DNA of 64,000 nucleotides from Spizellomyces punctatus DAOM BR117 (Eukaryota): NCBI GenBank assembly GCA_000182565.2, contig KQ257455.1; one strand, 5' to 3'. Shown piece by piece: positions 56,198 to 64,000 of this stretch (position 1 is its first letter; each line of letters starts with the position of its first letter). The notes under the pieces were generated by a model. It saw only the letters and a program-made list of their open reading frames with translations, ran no database searches and was not told where the DNA came from. The position numbers and the translations under genes were made by a program.

Positions 56198-57083
56198 AAT
56201 CGGTAGTATAGTGGCGGTGATAATGCAACGATAGGTTGGGCAACTGGAGAGGGTGAAGGGAGATATGTCACGCATTGTTTCCGTTACAATATATATCACG
56301 GATTGTTGCCGCGGATGGGGGAAGGTTTGCTAACCATCATAGGCTTTGGAAGGTGCCAAAAACATTTGAGCAGGCTCCCATTTGACTCTGGGAGAGGTGT
56401 CCATGGAGAAGGCTGAACGTGTTGCAAAGAAGAAGTTGGAGGTAGAAGAATCATCGCCAACAATGTGTGATAGACGAGGAAGGCCATCTGAAGGCGGCGA
56501 GAGACAACCATTCATGCTCTTGTCGCTGTTGTTCCTGTTACTGCTGCTCGTGCTGTGGCAAGATACTGAAAAAAGACAAGCGCTTTTAAATCTTTCTTCA
56601 CCCTCGAGTAATGGAGAGCTCCTTCCGTGTGTTGACGAAACTCCAGCGAAACGATGTCGGCGATCGAAACCCGTTGCTTTGCCAAGCAGATCCCCAATTG
56701 GGAGGAGAGTAATACTACCAGAAAAGGTAAAATTATACACGTGATACCAGATGTCCGAGACCTTTTTGCAGCTGCGGCGACGGCCCGATACGACCTACAG
56801 GACGCATTTATTTACAGATGGACAGCAGCTCGACGAGCTCCCTTACCGCACTGCAAAGGATGAGCTTCTAGCCAAAAGACGGCGACGGGACGGAATGTGT
56901 TAAAAGTCCCAAACGAACGAAATAATCACTGTGCCATCAGCTGTTTCCATGGTAATCAATCATAGATTTTGCTTACTTGATGGTGATAGGAGGGCGATCG
57001 CGTCATTTCTTGGAGTCGTTTCGTTTGCCTCGTTCGACCACTTCCATCCACGCCATTTACCACAAGTAATTAACGACAACACA

Positions 57084-57978
57084 ATGACCAAAGTGAACCC
57101 AGAGGCTCCAGAGGGTGCTGCTGCTCCTGGTGCAGACAGGCCTCTCATTGCTGAGGCAACCACAAAGGCGACCAACATTACATGGCACGAAGGAGCTGTC
57201 AGCAGGGAAGAAAGAGAAAGCTTGCTCGGACACAAGGTATATTTGCGCATAATGCACAATAGCATCCGTCAGCTGGCTGATCTGGTACACTCTTTTGATA
57301 GGGCTTGACAATCTGGTTTACTGGTCTCTCAGCGTCCGGAAAGTCAACCATTGCCTCAGCTTTGGAACAGCACCTGCTCCACAAGGGCACAACAGCCTAT
57401 CGTCTCGATGGCGACAATGTTCGATTCGGTTTAAACAAGAACCTGGGATTCTCCCCCGAAGACCGGACAGAAAACATTAGGCGAATTTCAGAGGTTGCAA
57501 AGCTGTTTGCTGATGCGGCTGTGGTGGCCATCACGTCTTTCATCTCTCCCTACCGGGCTGACAGAGACCAGGCCAGGGAGTTGCATGAGAAAGCTGGGCT
57601 GCCTTTCATTGAAGTTTTTGTGGATGTGCCGATTGAGGTGGCAGAACAGAGAGATCCGAAAGGCTTATACAAAAAGGCTCGAGCTGGGCAAATCAAGGGT
57701 GTGTTCAAGATGGAGTGTGTAACCAAATTGGAATTTACTGATTATGCGTTTTGCTTTAGAATTTACTGGTATTGATGCGCCCTACGAGGCGCCGGAGAAG
57801 CCAGAGATTCACCTCCGCTCTGACAAGGAATCCGTTGAGGACAGTGTCAAGGTTCGTATCGCTATATTCCAATCTTGCGTGGTTTAATTGCGCATGTTTA
57901 ATTCGAGGATATCTCTACGATCTACAGAAAATCTACGAATACTTGAATAACAAGGGATTTTTGTCGCTGAGCCAGTGA
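57084..57978 (+). CDS. MET14: Adenylyl-sulfate (APS) kinase
   Basis: [66 protein letters not shown]. Confidence 0.95.
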
Positions 57979-58237
57979 ATCTTTCGGGGAACACTCTCAC
58001 TGTCTGCGTATATTTTCCAACTAGAAGGTCTAGGTAGACGAGATAGGAAACCAGGAGGAGTTACAACCGAGACATTATGAACAGAAGCACAGAACAGCAA
58101 TTAACCATGTAATTAGTATTTACATTCGTATAGAAAACAGACATGCCGTGATCAAAACCAAAACATGAATCCATATTCAGAAATCAGCTGTCCTCCTATT
58201 TACGCTGCATATTGTTCCTCGCATCGCGGTCTCGATG

Positions 58238-58874
58238 TCATATCCCTTTTGGATGCCCTATTGCCTCCACGTACGCTGGCGGTGGCGGCTGCGCGCCGCC
58301 ATCATTATATGTATCTGGAAACGGATTGTAAGGAAGCGGCGGCGCCTGATAGTAAGTTGGAGCAGCGTCGTACGCAGCCCCATAAACCTGCTGTGCTGGG
58401 GGCGGCGGACCAGCTGGTGGGGGATAGGCTGCTTGTCCTTGCAGGGGATACACACTGTACTGCTGCTCCGGCGGGTTCTGCCAAAGAATTCGATGCGCCT
58501 GTAGACGTCGTTGTCGTATACAGTAGCAAAATGCCCCTATGCATATCAGGGTTATGAGGCCAGCGACGAGACCGCCTACGATTGCTGCAAGGGGATTAAA
58601 TGCATTCCAGCCTGCCGGACAGGCCCCGAAGGCTTCTTGGCAGCTCACCCCGCTGGCGAAAATATGGAATCCATTAGGGTGGCCGAAATACAAAAGTTTG
58701 GGAGGACATGTCTCGGCCATAAACTTACTTGCAAATTCCGTCGCTGAACATTCCTACGTAGATGCCATTGCAAGTGCACCTGCACAGCGCATTGACCGGT
58801 GTGGCATAAACTAGGAGGATGGCGGCAAAGGAAGAGAATGCGCGATAGCCTAAGGATCCCCTATGCCGATCCAT
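58238..58874 (-). CDS. Single-pass membrane protein with signal peptide, small 6-Cys ectodomain and Pro-rich PY-motif tail
   Basis: Two exons (intron 58653-58728, GTAAGT...CTAAT...CAG) give MDRHRG...AAILLVYATPVNA-LCRCTCNGIYVGMFSDGICNGVSCQEAFGACP, then a TM helix, CYC-IRQRR and ...PPPPAY. Confidence 0.75.
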
Positions 58875-59270
58875 GTCGGACAGACTGTTTCTTGTTTGAG
58901 CGAGATTTGACGGTAAGGAACTCTTTAAACCCAGACGAACAGAAACAAGGGAAGCTCGGCCTTGGCAGTGAGATATCCTATCGGAGCGTTACATCAAACG
59001 TAAAGCCATGAGATCCGTTTCATTACAAATGACGTTCAGGATAACAATTGCTGACCCCAAACCTCCACCATAGACTCAGAACTGGTAACAAAGGAAAAGG
59101 GTTGGCGATGCGCTGAACCTGAAGGGATCCAAGACCACCCTGCAGGCCAACACGTAATGGACGCGTCTCGTAAGCCGGGTCACGAGACTTGCCGACTCTC
59201 GTCTCTCGTCGTCGTCGTTGCTCAACTCGAACGTTAAGCACACTGTCGGCGTTGAAGTTGGTGGGTCAGG

Positions 59271-61097
59271 ATGACAACATCGCGAGAGTCGACGGCCGCT
59301 GGAAAGTCGTCGGCACAAGCTGCTTCTGTCAAGGATATATGGACTTTGGTGAAGGAGGCCAAGGAAAGGGAAAAAAAGGCTGCCGAGAGTGAGTCTTTTG
59401 ATGACTGTTAACACCGCAACCCATGTTTAAATAACCAAACTCTGTGGGTGCATGAATAAGGTCCTGATACATCCATTGAAAGCACATTATTCTTTGTTGG
59501 AAACAAAAATGCCGGAAAGTCTTCATTGATCTTGCGATTCTTGGATAGAGGTTTGACATCAACGCTTGGTTCCACTTCGTGTGACCTACTTGAACACCCT
59601 GCTTGTGCCCTTGATATTCAGAGGAGCCTCCAGCACCCACTGTTGGTTTAGAATACACATTTGGACGACGAACACGGGGTGTCAATGCCGTTAAGGACGT
59701 GGCCCACATCTGGGAGCTCGGTCAGTTACACCAGTATTGACGGAGCTGGGTAGAGGCTCATCTTGCAAGCTGTCTGCAACAGCGGGTGGCATTTTTCTAT
59801 CGGATCTTATCAAGATTCCGGTCAACGAAGCTAACGTACATACCGTGACATTTGTGATCGTCATTGATCTTTCCGAGGTAAGTCTCCTGGCATCATGCTT
59901 TTCACAATTATTACCAGTTAACCCACTTTGGCCAAGCCAGCAGAAGCTCTCAAAACCCTGGAACATCTCATAGGAAAGATCAAGTCGACTGTCAACTCCC
60001 TCCTGGATAGCTTGGAACAGCGGGGATCGAAGCGACCAAGGGCTATGAGGGCGTACGCGTGGAAGAAATTTGGCGCTGAGAATGTGGAAAAGTAAGTCGA
60101 CATGTCCGTTTTACTTGTACGACTTCCTTTTGGAATTCTGGTCTGATATTGGACTCTTACGATGAATCAAAGGGAATTCTTGGATCCTTGCGCTGCACCA
60201 ATCGTTGTCATTGGGACAAAATACGATGTATTTCGGGATATGGAATCGTAGGTACAAACCATCCAAAATGTTTTGAACACAAACATCATAATGGTGTTAA
60301 TCAATTTTGCCCATATAATAGCGAAAAGAGGAAAATGCTTGCCAAGACGTTGCGGTACATCGCACACACCAACGGAGCGTCACTCATGTTTGTTTCGCAA
60401 AAGGATGAAAACACTGTAGCAAAGGTTCTTTACCTACTATCATACTGAAAGCCGCAGTTATTGACTTGTTTATGTACTACAGTGTCGGCAACTTCTCAGC
60501 CATCATGCCTTTAAAGGGAGCTCTCCTAAAACCATGTCAGTTGATCACAACAAACCTATCGTTATCCTAGCAGGTTGGTATCTCAAATTCCTCGCCTTCT
60601 TGAAAAAAACTGACACTGGACATTTACAAGGCCAAGACTCGCTGTCACATATTGGACCACCGCCGTCAGAGATGGGGCGGGACACTGTGGGCAAACAATC
60701 GGCCGCTTCGTATCGACAATGGAAAGCCGACTTTGACAAGTACTTTCCGCCGGTTACAACCGGTACGTGGTTTACAGCAGATTGATAATTCACGACGCAG
60801 AATTATAATCCGTCTGGATATTACTAGATGTGCAAAAGGAAATAGTGGATTTCTCCAAATATCCGGAGCAGGCCATTGACGCTTTGCGTGCACAGAAAGA
60901 GTAAGTTTATATAGCTTCACCCACCGGAACCGCTCAACGCTGACGACTTTTATCATCACAGTGAAGAACTAGAAAAACTCAGGCGGCATAACGAGCGAAA
61001 AGCAAAAGAAGTTGTGAGTCTTACTGCCTCCGCTTCGAGCGCAAAGGAGACACGAAGGAGGGAGCGGGCAGCACGAGCTGCTGTTCAGGCCCAATAA
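59271..61097 (+). CDS. DYNC2LI1: Cytoplasmic dynein-2 light intermediate chain (IFT dynein D2LIC)
   Basis: [79 protein letters not shown]. Many short introns. Confidence 0.85.
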
Positions 61098-61297
61098 GCT
61101 TGCGCTGGCCGTTTTGCGTTATCCTCCAGTCCCGATTTCGATCTCGACGCTAACGCTGACTGCCATGATTTATAATCATTTGTAATCAGCCACGCCACAC
61201 AGCTTTGAGACCCTTCACTGCATGGAGTTTCCATTTGCAAACATCGATTTGTTCAGTAGGATTTCCTTACAGAGGATTTAGTATAGATAATACCACC

Positions 61298-61942
61298 ATG
61301 TCCATACCGCCCAGAATCCCAGAATTAAAACTAGACGTTTCTGATTCCGACTCTGACAGCGACGATCGACCTCTGAACGAGGACATGAAAAACCTGAAAC
61401 TCGCCTCAACGTCATCAGAGTCTATCACCTCTTCACTGTCCGTCTCTTCTTCCTCTTCAACCCTATCACCAGCTTCTGCACATGCCGCACGTCCCCCATC
61501 CGTAACCTTTAAAGTTCCCCTGCCACCAAATAAGACCAAGGTAGAAAACTCTCTCAATGCGTTTCCAATGCTGGGTGGGCCGCAACGAGCTGGAGGTTCG
61601 CTACCAGGTAGACGAAAAGTACCTTTGGGACCAGGTTTTTCGCCGTTAGATTGGGCTCGGCTTACAATGTCGGGCCAAAACCTCCGAGGAGTCTCGCAGC
61701 TTGCGCGATATACCCTTGAAGACGTAGCGCAACATAAGAAGCGGGACGACCTATGGATGGCTATACAAGGCAAAGTCTATAACGTGACGCAGTATGTAAA
61801 GTTTCATCCGGGTGGTGCCGGGCAGCTTATGCGAGGCGCGGGGAAGGACGCTACCGAACTTTTCATGAAGGTGCACCCATGGGTGAATATAGATTCCCTG
61901 CTCGAAAAGTGCCACGTTGGTTACCTGGTCAAGGACAAGTAG
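61298..61942 (+). CDS. Cytochrome b5-like heme-binding protein (Irc21 / CYB5R4 N-terminal type)
   Basis: RRKVPLGPGFSPLDWA, WMAIQGKVYNVT, HPGG, GKDATELFMKVHPWVN. Confidence 0.9.
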   Translation: MSIPPRIPELKLDVSDSDSDSDDRPLNEDMKNLKLASTSSESITSSLSVSSSSSTLSPASAHAARPPSVTFKVPLPPNKTKVENSLNAFPMLGGPQRAGGSLPGRRKVPLGPGFSPLDWARLTMSGQNLRGVSQLARYTLEDVAQHKKRDDLWMAIQGKVYNVTQYVKFHPGGAGQLMRGAGKDATELFMKVHPWVNIDSLLEKCHVGYLVKDK

Positions 61943-62194
61943 AACATACATGCGTAGTAGAGACAGGCGTTTTCTGCTGGTTATTATTTCTTTTCCTATT
62001 TATCTGAGGGTATGGGATGTTTGGAACCAAATGGATAATTTGTCTTGTGGAAATATGACATACGTTCTGGCGAGACCTTTGAAAATATACAGAAGCTCTG
62101 TTATCCTAGGCCACATGCATATACAAGACCAAAATGTACCCCATGCTCCCTTATCAAAGTTCAATTGACACAAATTCCGTTCCTACAAAAACAC

Positions 62195-63456
<1,262 letters not shown>

Positions 63457-63548
63457 TGCGTGTTTTCAAAGCAACGATGAAGAGTAGATGGAGGGGGTGT
63501 TCTTTTTCTTCAAGCGCCGATCTGCCCCCCTCCTTTGGTCTCCGTGTA

Positions 63549-63596
63549 GTCATACAAATGACATAATTGAGTCACCGTGCCACTGAGATTAGTCAC
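63549..63596. promoter_or_regulatory. Cluster of TGACT(C/A) bZIP-like motifs upstream of THI4
   Basis: Minus strand reads GTGACTAA, GTGACTCA and ATGACTA within about 50 bp, roughly 95-140 bp upstream of the ATG. Confidence 0.3.
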
Positions 63597-64000
63597 AATC
63601 CGGCTTTTGATCTGAACCTTCTCCTGATGATAATTGCTATCGGCCTTCCGGGTGGTTTGACGTTGGGCATTGAAAAAGTGTTGGAGGAGGAATATGAAAT
63701 GGAAATGGAGATGGGAATGGACATTAGGACATGTGTGTGAGTGTGAGTGAGTTGCATGTTGCAGACGGTCGAGGGATTGCACTTGGTATGCTCCTCGCGC
63801 TTGAGCATAACAATGTTGTTTCGGCGTTTTCGACTTGCATCGTTTTCCTCTTGTTCTCCAAAACCTTATGGCCATTGTCCACACTCATCACTCATGCATC
63901 GCTACCACAAATGCATCGCATGTAGAGATCGTCATCGTCTGCTGGTCGTTGACTTGCATTCTGATCGTAGATGGCACAATCACAGGGCCACCTACTCAGA

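Noticed and set aside
56296..56863. Short ORFs on both strands between the protease and MET14
   Set aside because: No domain similarity recognised and no strand is clearly favoured.
63571..63650. CTGAGA...TGAACCT...GATAAT resembling a TPP riboswitch near THI4
   Set aside because: It is antisense to THI4 and the P2-P5 stems do not form.

Overview
Eukaryotic, gene-dense, intron-rich DNA (mostly GT-AG introns of about 45-100 nt). It is most consistent with a zoosporic fungus (chytrid-like): it carries fungal genes (THI4, MET14, ATP4, HOS2, EAF3) together with the IFT dynein-2 light intermediate chain. About 24 protein-coding genes were reconstructed by eye across introns, and there is one 100-N gap. 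Most genes are housekeeping. The standouts are: (1) an intron-containing gene for a YopT/AvrPphB-like (C58) cysteine protease, a family known mainly as bacterial effectors, head-to-head with a kinase; (2) a class C GPCR whose ectodomain resembles bacterial ABC sugar-binding proteins and whose tail is PH-like; (3) a candidate structured ncRNA (about 137-nt hairpin, TATA box, H-box-like motif) between GLE1 and NSUN5; (4) an unusually long, structured first intron in CCT5; (5) a paxillin with an LD motif and four LIM domains; (6) a Cys-rich single-pass PY-motif protein; (7) an apparent 1-nt frameshift in HOS2. All family calls come from motif recognition, not database searches, and exon boundaries are manual predictions.
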